Shown: positions 11,149 through 20,779, numbered from the stretch's first letter. The stretch: 64,000 bases of DNA from Ktedonobacteraceae bacterium (GCA_035294325.1 DATGLE010000066.1:32958-96957), one strand, 5' to 3'. Translations and numbers: made by a program. Notes: a model not told the origin generated them from the sequence alone.

Positions 11149-12159
11149 TTAGAAATTGCTGCCGCCGCCACCTCCGGCGTCTCCGCCACCACCGCCAAAG
11201 TCTCCTCCTCCACCTCCACCCCAGTCTCCGCCAGCGCCACCGCCAAAGTCTCCCCCGCCGGAATCGCCGCCTCCGCCCCAATCAGCGCCGGCGCCACCGC
11301 CAAAGTCTCCTCCTCCAAAATTGCCCCCCTGGTCGCCCTGGTAATTCTCTCTCGCTTCGCGCTCACCCTGCTCTTTGCCCAGCTCGTAGCCCAGGAAACC
11401 GCCCGCCGCCGCGCCCAGCCCACCGGCGGCCCAGGGATTCATGCCCTGGTTGTAGCCGGGACCATAGTTGGGAGGATACGGCTGATTGTAGGGACCATAG
11501 GGTTGATTCGGGCCGTAGGGCGGGACGCCCCGGTTCCTGTTGAAGAAGCCCCCGAAACCGCCGAAGCCGGGGCGCGAACGGCGGCGCATAAAGGCGAAGA
11601 ACAGGATGCCAGCCAGCACCAGCAGGCCAATGCAGCACAGCGCGCCGTTGCCCAGACCAAACAGCCCGCCAGGCGCCGGCACAGCACCGCCGGAACCGCG
11701 CGAGCCGAGCGCGCCACGCAGCGAACTGAGCGCGCCAACTGTCGCACCGGTAAAATCGCGTCCATTGCTGCGCATGTCGCTGGCAAACGTGTTTGACGCC
11801 TGCTGGTAGTCGCTCGTCGTGAGCGGTACGCTGCTCCCGCCGGTAATATAGACATGCCCGGCCGTGTTGATCGCGATGACGATCATATTGCTGCTGGTAA
11901 CTTTACTCCTGGCTTCGGCATCAAAATTGGCGTTCGAGCCATTGTAGCCGTTGACAGTGTAAATGCTCACCGGGTACGGGAGCGATGACGCCTCCTGGCG
12001 CACCTGGGATTGATTGAGTACGCCGGCGTTATCATATATATTCACCGTGCTGGCGAATACGTTCACCGCAGCGCCGAGCAGCAGAGCCAGCGCGGTCATC
12101 AATGATAGCAGGCCAATGCCCAACCGTTTCATCAAAGTATCTCTGGTACTCATAGCCAC
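11149..12159 (-). CDS. TPM-domain (TLP18.3/Psb32/MOLO-1 family) membrane protein with a tandem Gly-rich C-terminal tail
   Basis: Signal/TM sequence, then the TPM-type YDNAGVL motif, a second TM helix (GALCCIGLLVLAGILFFAF), and C-terminal tandem repeats GGGDFGGGAGxDWGGGG. Confidence 0.65.
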   Translation of the reverse strand: MAMSTRDTLMKRLGIGLLSLMTALALLLGAAVNVFASTVNIYDNAGVLNQSQVRQEASSLPYPVSIYTVNGYNGSNANFDAEARSKVTSSNMIVIAINTAGHVYITGGSSVPLTTSDYQQASNTFASDMRSNGRDFTGATVGALSSLRGALGSRGSGGAVPAPGGLFGLGNGALCCIGLLVLAGILFFAFMRRRSRPGFGGFGGFFNRNRGVPPYGPNQPYGPYNQPYPPNYGPGYNQGMNPWAAGGLGAAAGGFLGYELGKEQGEREARENYQGDQGGNFGGGDFGGGAGADWGGGGDSGGGDFGGGAGGDWGGGGGGDFGGGGGDAGGGGGSNF

Positions 12160-12782
12160 CTTTCTTTTGCCTGGACAGCTTCACATACGCAAGGCAAGAA
12201 CACTGATAGCCACGCTCCTGCATATGTCCCTGTTCTCATACATCCCTGCACATCACACATAGATATACGTCGACCAATGGTTACTCTCCAATCGCAATTA
12301 CATGTGTAATACGCTCCGCAGGCAACACGGTTTCATGGATTTCCTTTGCACCTCTATACTGCCTGCTCTATCCTCATCACCACCTGCGAGCGATGGAACA
12401 GCTACACTTGATATATCGTGATCTATGAAACACTGGAAAAGTGGACGCGCTACTATTTCTCTGCGACCTGGAAGCATCCCGTTACAGGCAAGCTCCATTC
12501 TTTCTGTGAGGAAACCTGGAGGCCACAATCCGTACAGCGCAGGTATCCGCCAGGTTCACCGATAGTGATACTGCTGGATCCCGCCGCTCCTGAATTCTAT
12601 CTCATTCCAGATCTGCCAGGAGCAATAGGCGACTGATATTACGGCGGGGCTTATACAAATTGGAATTTCGACATATGTAATGCGCAAGCAAAAGTACTCC
12701 TGTTACCTTCTCTCGACGGGGCATGCTACAATGGGAATGCAATAATCTTGCGCATCAAGAATGTGGAGTAGCAGAGAGACGC

Positions 12783-14366
12783 ATGAGCACAACAGCTTCG
12801 GGGCGACCTCGCCCCTTTGTTTTGATTATCATGGATGGCTGGGGCATCAATCCCCGCAAAGAGGGCAACGCTATCGCACTGGCCCGCACGCCCAATATCG
12901 ACAACATTGCCCGGCGGTGGCCGCATACGGCGATCAAAACCTCCGGCGCGGCGGTTGGCCTGCCGGACGGCCAGATGGGTAACTCCGAGGTCGGGCATCA
13001 GAACATCGGCGCGGGCAAGCGCGTCCTGCAAGATTTTACGCGCGTGAGCGAGGCGATCAAGGACGGCACCTTTTTTCACAATCCGGCCTTCCTCAAGGCT
13101 ATCGAGCATGTCAGGCGTAATCAGTCGCAGTTGCATATCTGCGGGCTGCTGGGCAACGGCGGCGTGCATGCGCATGAGTCGCACCTGGAGGCTCTGCTGC
13201 GCCTGGCCCGCATGCACGATATCGAGCGCGTCTACGTCCATGCCTTCACCGATGGCCGCGATACATCACCTACGGGTGGGCTGGAGTTTATGCAGCGCTT
13301 GCAGGCGCGGGCGCGCGAGATCGGCGGCGATCATCCCGCGAAAGTGGCAACGGTGAGCGGGCGCTACTACGCGATGGACCGCGATAACCGCTGGGACCGT
13401 ACCGGCAGGACCTATTTCGCTATGACGCGCGCCGAAGGAGAGCACGCCGCTTCGGCCCTGGCCGCGATTCAGCAATCATACGATAAGAAAGTGACTGACG
13501 AATTTATTGTCCCGACAGTCGTGATGGAAGACAACCATCCGGTTGCCGTGGTCAAAGCGGGCGACGCCATCATTCACTACAACTTTCGTCCTGACCGCGC
13601 CCGCCAGCTTACCAAAGCCTTCGTCATGAAAGAGTTGCCGCCACAGGCCGAGGGCAAGTTTAATCGCGGGCCGCGTCTGGATGATCTGATCTACGTGATG
13701 ATGACCGAATACGAAGAGGGGCTTGATGCCGAGGTCGCCTATCGCGCCGACGAGGTTGAGATGCCACTGGCACGCGTCATCTCCGAGCACGGCCTGCGCC
13801 AGTTTCATACCGCCGAAACCGAGAAATACGCGCACGTCACCTACTTTATCAACGGACGCCGCGAGACGCCTTTTCCCGGCGAAGACCGCGTGCTGGTGCC
13901 ATCGCCCAAAGTGCCCACCTACGACCAGCAGCCGGAGATGAGCGCGGCGGGCGTGACCGATACCGCTATCGAGCATATCCGCAGTGGCAACTACGATCTG
14001 GTCATCATGAATTATGCGAACGCCGATATGGTCGGGCATACAGGCGTAATTGAAGCGGCAATCAAGGCCGTCGAGGCCGTAGATACGGGCGTGGGGCGCG
14101 TTGTGGAGGCTACTCTTGCCGTCGGCGGCGGTCTGATAATTACCGCCGATCATGGCAATGCGGAGCAGCTCATCGAGTACGATACCGGTAAGCCTTTCAC
14201 CGCCCACACTACCTATCCTGTGCCGCTCTACCTGGTCGTCCCGCAGTTCGCTCAGGCCCGTCTGCGCGGCGATGGCATCCTGGCGGATGTCTCGCCCACC
14301 ATCTTGCAGATCATGGGCATTCCACAGCCGAAGGATATGACGGGCCGCTCGCTCCTTCTACCCTGA
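12783..14366 (+). CDS. gpmI: 2,3-bisphosphoglycerate-independent phosphoglycerate mutase
   Basis: PFVLIIMDGWG N-terminus, the ADHGN metal-binding motif, overall iPGM conservation. Start chosen at the Met preceding RPRPFVLIIMDGWG. Confidence 0.9.
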   Translation: MSTTASGRPRPFVLIIMDGWGINPRKEGNAIALARTPNIDNIARRWPHTAIKTSGAAVGLPDGQMGNSEVGHQNIGAGKRVLQDFTRVSEAIKDGTFFHNPAFLKAIEHVRRNQSQLHICGLLGNGGVHAHESHLEALLRLARMHDIERVYVHAFTDGRDTSPTGGLEFMQRLQARAREIGGDHPAKVATVSGRYYAMDRDNRWDRTGRTYFAMTRAEGEHAASALAAIQQSYDKKVTDEFIVPTVVMEDNHPVAVVKAGDAIIHYNFRPDRARQLTKAFVMKELPPQAEGKFNRGPRLDDLIYVMMTEYEEGLDAEVAYRADEVEMPLARVISEHGLRQFHTAETEKYAHVTYFINGRRETPFPGEDRVLVPSPKVPTYDQQPEMSAAGVTDTAIEHIRSGNYDLVIMNYANADMVGHTGVIEAAIKAVEAVDTGVGRVVEATLAVGGGLIITADHGNAEQLIEYDTGKPFTAHTTYPVPLYLVVPQFAQARLRGDGILADVSPTILQIMGIPQPKDMTGRSLLLP

Positions 14367-14417
14367 CCACCGACCTGATCGGGGAATCAGTGATCCGGGA
14401 ATCAGTGACCCGGAAAT

Positions 14418-14520
14418 CAGAGACGGGGGCAAGCCCCGTCTCTACATCTCTATGACGCCAGGCGCCGGAAAAATGTAGAGACGGGGCTTGCCCCCGTCTC
14501 TACATCTCTAAGGTACCCCG
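14418..14520. repeat. pair of inverted REP-like hairpin elements (gagacgggggcaagccccgtctctacatctct ... tgtagagacggggcttgcccccgtctctacatctct)
   Basis: Two copies in opposite orientation about 25 bp apart, just downstream of gpmI. The arrangement resembles BIME. Confidence 0.75.
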
Positions 14521-14627
14521 TCTTCTGCGAAAAACCTGCCCTGATCGCGGGACATGTGAACACGCCTGTTTATCCACAAGCTGGCAGTAACTATGTGGAT
14601 AACTTTCGATGAATGTGGATAAACAGG

Positions 14628-15653
14628 CTAGCCGATGCGTTCTACCAGAGTGATCGGCACAACCAATATCGATCCGTCCTCAAGGTGAAGACGAACAGCA
14701 CGAGCGCGAATGCCAGAGGTAAAGCGCTGCTGGTAGGTAAAGAGGTAGTCGATGACGCCTATCGCTCCCTCGTGCTCACCGCCGCAGACGCGCACCTGCG
14801 CGCCAATGGTCGGCGTGGGATCGAGGATCGTTTCGCGGTGGTTGCTCTGCTTTTCTGACGCTGGCAGTGAGATCACCAGTTCGGGAAAGATCCCCTGACG
14901 CACGGAGGTGACGCCGGAGAGCAGCACGATTTCTCCCTGGTACTGGCTCAGCAGGTTCATGATACGCGCCGGCATGGCAGCCGTGCCCAGCCCTTCCGTC
15001 AGCAGCAGCGTCAACTGCGGCAGGTGATCCTGCATTTCCTCCACATCGCTGCTATCAATCAACTGCACAAGATCGACACGTAGAAAGCCCTCCAGGTCAC
15101 GAGCCGAGATACTGCTGGCAACGACTCCAGCGACACCCGAACTCAGAGCCTGGCGCAAAAGCGCGAAATTGAGCGGGCCGGGCACAACCAGGATAGCGCC
15201 GGGCGGGATCGACGCTATCCCCTGGCCGCTGGCCTGCCACATCGTGAGTACGCCGGCAACCTGATTGCCGGCCCCGATGGTCCCCTGAATCAGATCGGCC
15301 TGTCCCTCGATGATAACTCCTCCTCGCCCGGTAATATCCACGACGCGACCATGCATACCGGCGGGGACAACCTCAGGGCCACCCTTTGCGGAACTGGCTC
15401 CATTATGGACATCTTTCAGTTCCATTTTAGCCGTCGAAGAAATGCCAGGCAGTGAGAGCCGGGAGGGCATTTGAACGGCCTCCTGAGCTGGATCCGTGCC
15501 TTCGGGGCGTTCCAGCCGGAGCACAGGCTGATCGGGCAAAACTTCCTGGCCCGGATAGACCAGCGGCACAGCCTTTGTCTTAGGCCCACCCGGCCAGCGC
15601 TCTCTGCGCACCTGCGTATGTGTGATAACCGACCACCCGAGCGGATAGGTCAT
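14628..15653 (-). CDS. hypothetical protein with two KOW/SH3-like beta-barrel segments; last gene of the 19098-14628 minus-strand cluster
   Basis: 341 aa. Has the motifs GMHGRVVDITGRGGVIIEG and GAQVRVCGGEHEGAIGVIDYL (G-x-V-x-V-x-GG-x-G-x-G-x-V). No confident family assignment. Confidence 0.45.
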   Translation of the reverse strand: MTYPLGWSVITHTQVRRERWPGGPKTKAVPLVYPGQEVLPDQPVLRLERPEGTDPAQEAVQMPSRLSLPGISSTAKMELKDVHNGASSAKGGPEVVPAGMHGRVVDITGRGGVIIEGQADLIQGTIGAGNQVAGVLTMWQASGQGIASIPPGAILVVPGPLNFALLRQALSSGVAGVVASSISARDLEGFLRVDLVQLIDSSDVEEMQDHLPQLTLLLTEGLGTAAMPARIMNLLSQYQGEIVLLSGVTSVRQGIFPELVISLPASEKQSNHRETILDPTPTIGAQVRVCGGEHEGAIGVIDYLFTYQQRFTSGIRARAVRLHLEDGSILVVPITLVERIG

Positions 15654-15668
15654 AGCAACTGGCCCCCT

Positions 15669-17582
15669 TTACGATCCTAACGCCTGTGCCCATTGGAGCA
15701 GGCGGGCCTGGCGCTCTGTTTCATCGGTAGGAAGGGTCAGCGGCCTCCCACGGGCATCAATGACCAGCCCGACCAGGCCGCCATCGATCTGCTCGGCGGC
15801 GCGGGCGCGCTCGCCCGGGCCAAGCCCGACATCGACATCAGGCGCCGGGAAAAGCGTCAGCGCCGCCTGCTCGTTGGGCCGCAGAGGAATAACCTCGATA
15901 GAACCGGCCATCACTTCAACGTTTACCTGCCGTCCATTGCTATACTCAAGCCCGACGCGCAGCGCGAGTTGCCCCGGCTGCATGGCGCCAAAGGGGATGA
16001 CGCAGGTTCCCAGGCGATGCGATACGGCGTCATTTTCATTGACCTGCACAGCCGTGATTGGCGCGACTGTCGCCACAGCGCCAAGCTGACCCACAAGCAT
16101 AGCCTGATCCAGCGCCAGCGAAGTTACACCGCGCGGCTGGAGCGCGTCTAATAGCATAAGCATGACCTGCCCATACCTGGGCGTGTGCGCAAGAATACCA
16201 CCGGTAGCCAGGATCAGATCCGACATCTGCCATTGAGGGCTATTCTTCCTTGCCATCTCCATCGTTACGGCGATGGCTTCGCGCGCGAATGCCTGGCACA
16301 GTTCCAGCTCTCGCGGACTGGTGGGGATCACATGCGGGTGCAGCATACGATTGAGAACGAACTGGCGTACCTCTTCTTCGGTCACAGTGAATGGCAGCCA
16401 GCGCGCGATACGCTGCAACCCTACCCTTTGCAGGACGGCGCCCACGCCCGGCCCCACGCCCAGACCGGAATTGACGACAGGGATAAATTCGCCCTGTTCG
16501 CCCGCCAGCATGACCGTCGTCGTCGCCCCGCCAGCGTCCACGGCGGTGACGTTCATCGCGTAGTGCTGCGCCAGGAACCGCACCAGGCTGCTCAACGAAG
16601 TAGCGGTAGCGACAGGCGCCGCGCTCGACCATGAGCGGAGGCGATCATAGCCGGGAAGACGCTGCATGACCTCCCGCTCGTGCAGCGCACCAACACCTAT
16701 GCTGACCGGTCCAAGCTGCGCCGGCGAGACCAGGGCATCAACGCGGCTCACCTCGGCGACTCCCTGCAACAGACGCCGCACCGCCTCTACGTACTGGGGT
16801 GCCCCGGCATATAGCACCGGGCACTGCTGCGCGGCAATATCCTGGGGCGGCACCCCGGCAGAGGCGCTGGCCCTGCGCCGCTCGCTGAGTTCGCGTGACG
16901 CATTTATCAACATCTGGCACGCTTCCTGCAACGGAGTGGGACCCGCCGGCCCATCGGCCATGCCCACCATCAGCGCGGCCTGAGGCTGGAATTCGCGGAA
17001 GCGCCCCAACTGGCGCTCCCACTCCAGAGCCATACGCTCCTGGCTCCATGCGCCGCCGATACCAGGCGCGGAGGTGGGGCCGGCCATTGTCCCTGCCCCC
17101 ACAGAGACGGGGGACTGCGTGGTCGCGGCTATATATGCGGGAGACGGGATGGCCTGCATTTCAGCATATAAGCCGGATATGGCCTGCGCCACAAGCCTCT
17201 CAAGCTCCTGACTCACAGCACCCAGTACCGCCAGGCGCAGCGGGCCGCCGGCGCTGATCGTTGCGATAAACAGGTCCACACCGTCCCCGTCCGGCTGCTC
17301 AGGAGAGATGATACGCCCGTCGGCAACGAAACGACGACCAGTAATAAACTCTATGACATTGATTGCCTGGATAACGCCCGCAGTAATATCCTCCTGCGGA
17401 GGTGCTGTCGTTGTCGGCGCTTCCCCACGCGCCATCAGACGATACTGGCCCTCAACCAGTCCAAAGAGCGAGACCTTTGTAAATATGGTCCCACAATCAG
17501 CGACGAGGAGAGAGCTGGCAGGAGCCGGATTGCGACTCTGGCGCGGAACCTGCTCTCCCCCCGGGTAGGGTCGTGTACTCAT
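15669..17582 (-). CDS. actin-fold (ASKHA) ATPase-like protein, GlmL/MutL-family-like
   Basis: N-terminal LLVADCGTIFTKVSL resembles the DxGxT(F/Y)TKV phosphate-1 signature of GlmL-type actin-like proteins. There is a second Gly-rich ATGGILAHTP segment. Start set at the internal MSTRPYP Met to avoid a 74-bp overlap with the upstream gene. Confidence 0.45.
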   Translation of the reverse strand: MSTRPYPGGEQVPRQSRNPAPASSLLVADCGTIFTKVSLFGLVEGQYRLMARGEAPTTTAPPQEDITAGVIQAINVIEFITGRRFVADGRIISPEQPDGDGVDLFIATISAGGPLRLAVLGAVSQELERLVAQAISGLYAEMQAIPSPAYIAATTQSPVSVGAGTMAGPTSAPGIGGAWSQERMALEWERQLGRFREFQPQAALMVGMADGPAGPTPLQEACQMLINASRELSERRRASASAGVPPQDIAAQQCPVLYAGAPQYVEAVRRLLQGVAEVSRVDALVSPAQLGPVSIGVGALHEREVMQRLPGYDRLRSWSSAAPVATATSLSSLVRFLAQHYAMNVTAVDAGGATTTVMLAGEQGEFIPVVNSGLGVGPGVGAVLQRVGLQRIARWLPFTVTEEEVRQFVLNRMLHPHVIPTSPRELELCQAFAREAIAVTMEMARKNSPQWQMSDLILATGGILAHTPRYGQVMLMLLDALQPRGVTSLALDQAMLVGQLGAVATVAPITAVQVNENDAVSHRLGTCVIPFGAMQPGQLALRVGLEYSNGRQVNVEVMAGSIEVIPLRPNEQAALTLFPAPDVDVGLGPGERARAAEQIDGGLVGLVIDARGRPLTLPTDETERQARLLQWAQALGS

Positions 17583-17607
17583 CTCACAGATATCCTTCTT
17601 TCCCGCA

Positions 17608-19098
17608 CTAGCGGAAGAACAAGTCGCGGATCGCCTCGAAAAATCCGCGCTTTGCAGGTTTAGCACCTGCTCCCTGACCACCGCTCATTCCCGCTGCCCC
17701 CGGTCCGGGCGGCATACCTGGCGCCTGAGGAGGATAGAGCGGGGATCCGGCCTGCGGTGGCATCGTATAACTGCTCTGGGACGCAGTTTGATATCCAGCG
17801 CCATAGCCCCCCGGTCCATATGGCTGTGGCGCGGGACCGCTCATTCCTGATGGGGTGGCCGGTATCTGGCCTGGCATACCCTGCGGCGCTGCTGCATTAT
17901 TGTAAGGATTGGATTGCGCCTGCGTTCCTGGCATAGAGCCTGCCTGTGAGGGGAAATTCGGCGCAGCCGAGGCCACGCCCAGCATCGAAGCGAACACATT
18001 AGCAGCCGCTGCGCTATCGCCGGCAGGATTCAATTCACTACGTGGACGGTTCGGCACGCGCACGTTCTCCACGCGTGGCGGTCCCGCGTACACACCTGAT
18101 TGCTGGCCTCCCGGCGATCCCTGCGGGGCCGCTCCAGGGGAGCGCAGCCAATCGGGCAAAGAGTTGGTATCGATGAAAGAAGAGGCCGCAAGCTTCCCTC
18201 CGCTTCCGGCAATATTGCCGCCGGGGGCGTTATTAACTGGCGGCGCCTGCTGGGATTGATCGGGCAGAGGAGACCGGGCGGGCGGAGGAGGAAACGCGCT
18301 CCCTTTTTGCTCCTGACCGGGTTGACGCAGCCATGACGGAAGCGAATCTACGTCGAGCAGCGAGGAAGCCGGCATGCCAGTCTGCCCCGACGCGGCTCCC
18401 TGCCCCCTGTTTGCTGGCGTTATCGGTGGTGCGGATATTTGCCCGTTCAACTGCGACATCCACGGAGGCAACGATTGCTCGTCTATAAGATCATGCGCCG
18501 AAAAGCCCTGTGCCGGCGGGGCTGCATTAAAAGGCGGCGCGGGCTGTGCGGACCGGACCGGCCCTTCGGGACGAGGAGTGGAGGCTGGCGGTTGCATGCT
18601 CTGCAACCACTCCGGCAGACTATCGGGCTGCACCAGGCTCGACGCCTGGATCCCGGATTGACTTCCCTCAGCGCCTGACTGGCCGGCCTCACGCATCCAG
18701 GCAGGAAGCGATTGCTCGTCAATTAACGACCTGGCGGCAAGCCCTTGCGACGCGAATCCTCCATCGGTATCAGGCCCCGGGAGAGAGGAGGAACGCAGCG
18801 CCACATGGGGGCCGGTAACAGCGCTCTCGCTGCCCATGCGCTCCGCCTGCATCCAGCTCGGCAGCGCACCTTCTTCGATTAGATCAGCCGCAGAAAAGTT
18901 CGCCGCCCCAGACGGGGGCGCCGCCGGACGACTACCCGGACGCAAGGATTCCAGCCAGGCCGGCAGTTCTGGCTGCCCCCGCGTTCCCATATGTGCACCA
19001 GCATCATTCGCACCCTTGCTTGAGAGCGGCGCGCCACACCTCTGACAATTTACAGCGCCATCCTGGGACCTGTACCCACAACTGTTACACGTAATCAC
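17608..19098 (-). CDS. zinc-ribbon protein with a Pro/Gln-rich disordered region carrying six [DE]xxSLPxW[LM] repeats and a C-terminal amphipathic helix
   Basis: N-terminal CNSCGYRSQDGAVNCQRCG (CxxC-x10-CxxC). Six repeats of the form LIEEGALPSWM, LIDEQSLPAWM, VQPDSLPEWL, LIDEQSLPPWM, LDVDSLPSWL, IDTNSLPDWL. C-terminus KRGFFEAIRDLFFR. Confidence 0.6.
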   Translation of the reverse strand: MITCNSCGYRSQDGAVNCQRCGAPLSSKGANDAGAHMGTRGQPELPAWLESLRPGSRPAAPPSGAANFSAADLIEEGALPSWMQAERMGSESAVTGPHVALRSSSLPGPDTDGGFASQGLAARSLIDEQSLPAWMREAGQSGAEGSQSGIQASSLVQPDSLPEWLQSMQPPASTPRPEGPVRSAQPAPPFNAAPPAQGFSAHDLIDEQSLPPWMSQLNGQISAPPITPANRGQGAASGQTGMPASSLLDVDSLPSWLRQPGQEQKGSAFPPPPARSPLPDQSQQAPPVNNAPGGNIAGSGGKLAASSFIDTNSLPDWLRSPGAAPQGSPGGQQSGVYAGPPRVENVRVPNRPRSELNPAGDSAAAANVFASMLGVASAAPNFPSQAGSMPGTQAQSNPYNNAAAPQGMPGQIPATPSGMSGPAPQPYGPGGYGAGYQTASQSSYTMPPQAGSPLYPPQAPGMPPGPGAAGMSGGQGAGAKPAKRGFFEAIRDLFFR

Positions 19099-19259
19099 TT
19101 TTGCTCCTCACTTTCGCCAGGGCTTAATTCAGGGCAGTGTACCACTCTTTTCCCGGCTTGACAACAGCGATAATCTACACCATAAGACACGCTGATATGA
19201 TACAATACACACGGTGTCAACAACCCGAAAGTACTATATAGCTAGCTTCAGGAGATCTC

Positions 19260-19721
19260 ATGCAAGAGCCGCCTTCAGATAAAATTAGACCGCCCCGGGC
19301 GCCACTGGCACCACTACACCTGACACTTCCACTCCCTCCCAGCATCAATGAACAATATGCAACCGTTGACGGTCGCCGCGTCAGCACTGTCGCCGCCCGT
19401 CGTTTCAAGCAGCAGGTACGCACAATACTGCGCGATCTCGAACGAGAGGGAATATTGCATGATGGATTGCGTAAACATCTCCGCGAGCACTATCTGGCAC
19501 TCTTCCTGGACTTTTACTTTACCACTCCGCTCAAACGAGACCTCGACGGCGGCCTCAAGATTACACAGGACGCGCTCTGCGAAGGGCTGGGATTGAACGA
19601 CAACCGCATCGTTGACATTCATCTAACGAAACACATCAACCCGTTGCACCCCCATCTTTATGTTGAACTGGAAGCGATCATCGACTGGCATTTCGACAAG
19701 GAGTACATTCTTCTTACCTGA
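19260..19721 (+). CDS. rusA: RusA-family Holliday-junction resolvase (phage-type)
   Basis: LPLPPSINEQYA (the PPS-N motif), and DLDGGLKITQDALCEGLGLNDNRIVDIHLTK matching the RusA catalytic Asp/Lys region. Confidence 0.65.
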   Translation: MQEPPSDKIRPPRAPLAPLHLTLPLPPSINEQYATVDGRRVSTVAARRFKQQVRTILRDLEREGILHDGLRKHLREHYLALFLDFYFTTPLKRDLDGGLKITQDALCEGLGLNDNRIVDIHLTKHINPLHPHLYVELEAIIDWHFDKEYILLT

Positions 19722-19828
19722 ACGTACAGTTTGCGTCCCTCTCTCGTTGCCTTCACTTAGATAGAACTGATAATGAGGGCGTTCTGTAACAGCATTATTG
19801 CCTATTTTTTGCGAGGTACTAGTCAAGA

Positions 19829-20779
19829 ATGTCTAGCATAACTGATTTATTCCACAAGCGCAGGGGAGGAGTTTTATGGGGACATCTCATACCCCGACCT
19901 CCCCGTTCTGCTGGCAAATATTTGAGCGGCGCACCCGCCCGTTTCCTGCCGGGGCTATTTCTGAGCAGCGGCATCGGCCTGCTGGCCTACCGGCGGCGCT
20001 CGCTCAGCCGCAGCGGCATCGTGGGCGCGACCATCACCGGTACAACGATCTTTGGTATGGGCGGCTGGGGCTGGGGCGCGACGCTTGTCTTCTTCTTCGT
20101 CTCCTCCAGCCTCCTTTCCCACTTTCGTGCCAGAGATAAGGAGCGGACGGCAGCGGATAAGTTCAGCAAAGGTTCGCAGCGCGATCTGGGCCAGGTCGCG
20201 GCCAACGGGGGCATCGCAACACTGCTGGCGCTGGCCTACGGGTTGAGCAAGGCGCCGGCGCTGCGCGAGTTACTACAGGCTGGCTATGTGGGAGCACTGG
20301 CTACGGCAACCGCCGATACGTGGGCCACCGAGCTAGGAGTGCTGAGCACGCAGTCGCCGCGCCTGATTACCACGGGCAAGCCTACCGCGCCGGGAACCTC
20401 CGGCGGAGTGACGCTGCTCGGCAGCAGCGCGGCAGCGCTGGGCGCGCTGGCCCTGGGCCTGGTCTTCTGGCTCCTTCAGCGAGGTCGCGGCGCGCGCGCA
20501 ATATTGCCTTGCATCGGACTCATCAGCGGGCTGCTTGGCAGCCTCTTCGATAGTCTTCTGGGCGCGAGCGTGCAGGCCATGTACTACTGCCCGGACTGCG
20601 AAAAAGAGACGGAGCGTCGGCTGCACAACTGCGGCACAAGGACGCGCCTGCTGCGCGGCTACGAGTGGATCAATAACGACGTGGTGAATTTCCTGGCGAC
20701 GGCCGCCGGCGCGCTGGCTGCGACAGCGCTGGCCTCGGCAACACGCTCACCCTTTTTGCGGCAAAAAACGTGTCTCTAA
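19829..20779 (+). CDS. DUF92/TMEM19-family integral membrane protein with a C-terminal Cys4 insertion
   Basis: Multiple TM helices and Gly-rich GGWGWG and GTSGGVTLLG motifs. Contains CPDCEKETERRLHNCG near the C-terminus. Confidence 0.55.
   Translation: MSSITDLFHKRRGGVLWGHLIPRPPRSAGKYLSGAPARFLPGLFLSSGIGLLAYRRRSLSRSGIVGATITGTTIFGMGGWGWGATLVFFFVSSSLLSHFRARDKERTAADKFSKGSQRDLGQVAANGGIATLLALAYGLSKAPALRELLQAGYVGALATATADTWATELGVLSTQSPRLITTGKPTAPGTSGGVTLLGSSAAALGALALGLVFWLLQRGRGARAILPCIGLISGLLGSLFDSLLGASVQAMYYCPDCEKETERRLHNCGTRTRLLRGYEWINNDVVNFLATAAGALAATALASATRSPFLRQKTCL

Noticed and set aside
11143-11796. Pro/Ala-rich plus-strand ORFs (including 11156-11344, a PPPP-rich 62 aa)
   Set aside because: These are reverse-frame readings of the Gly-rich (GGN-repeat) C-terminal tail of the minus-strand TPM-domain gene. 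They have no RBS and no independent support.
12418-12636. 72-aa ORF in the 620-bp divergent intergenic region upstream of gpmI
   Set aside because: No convincing RBS and no motif. The composition is unlike the neighbouring genes. Left unannotated as probably non-coding promoter/UTR DNA.
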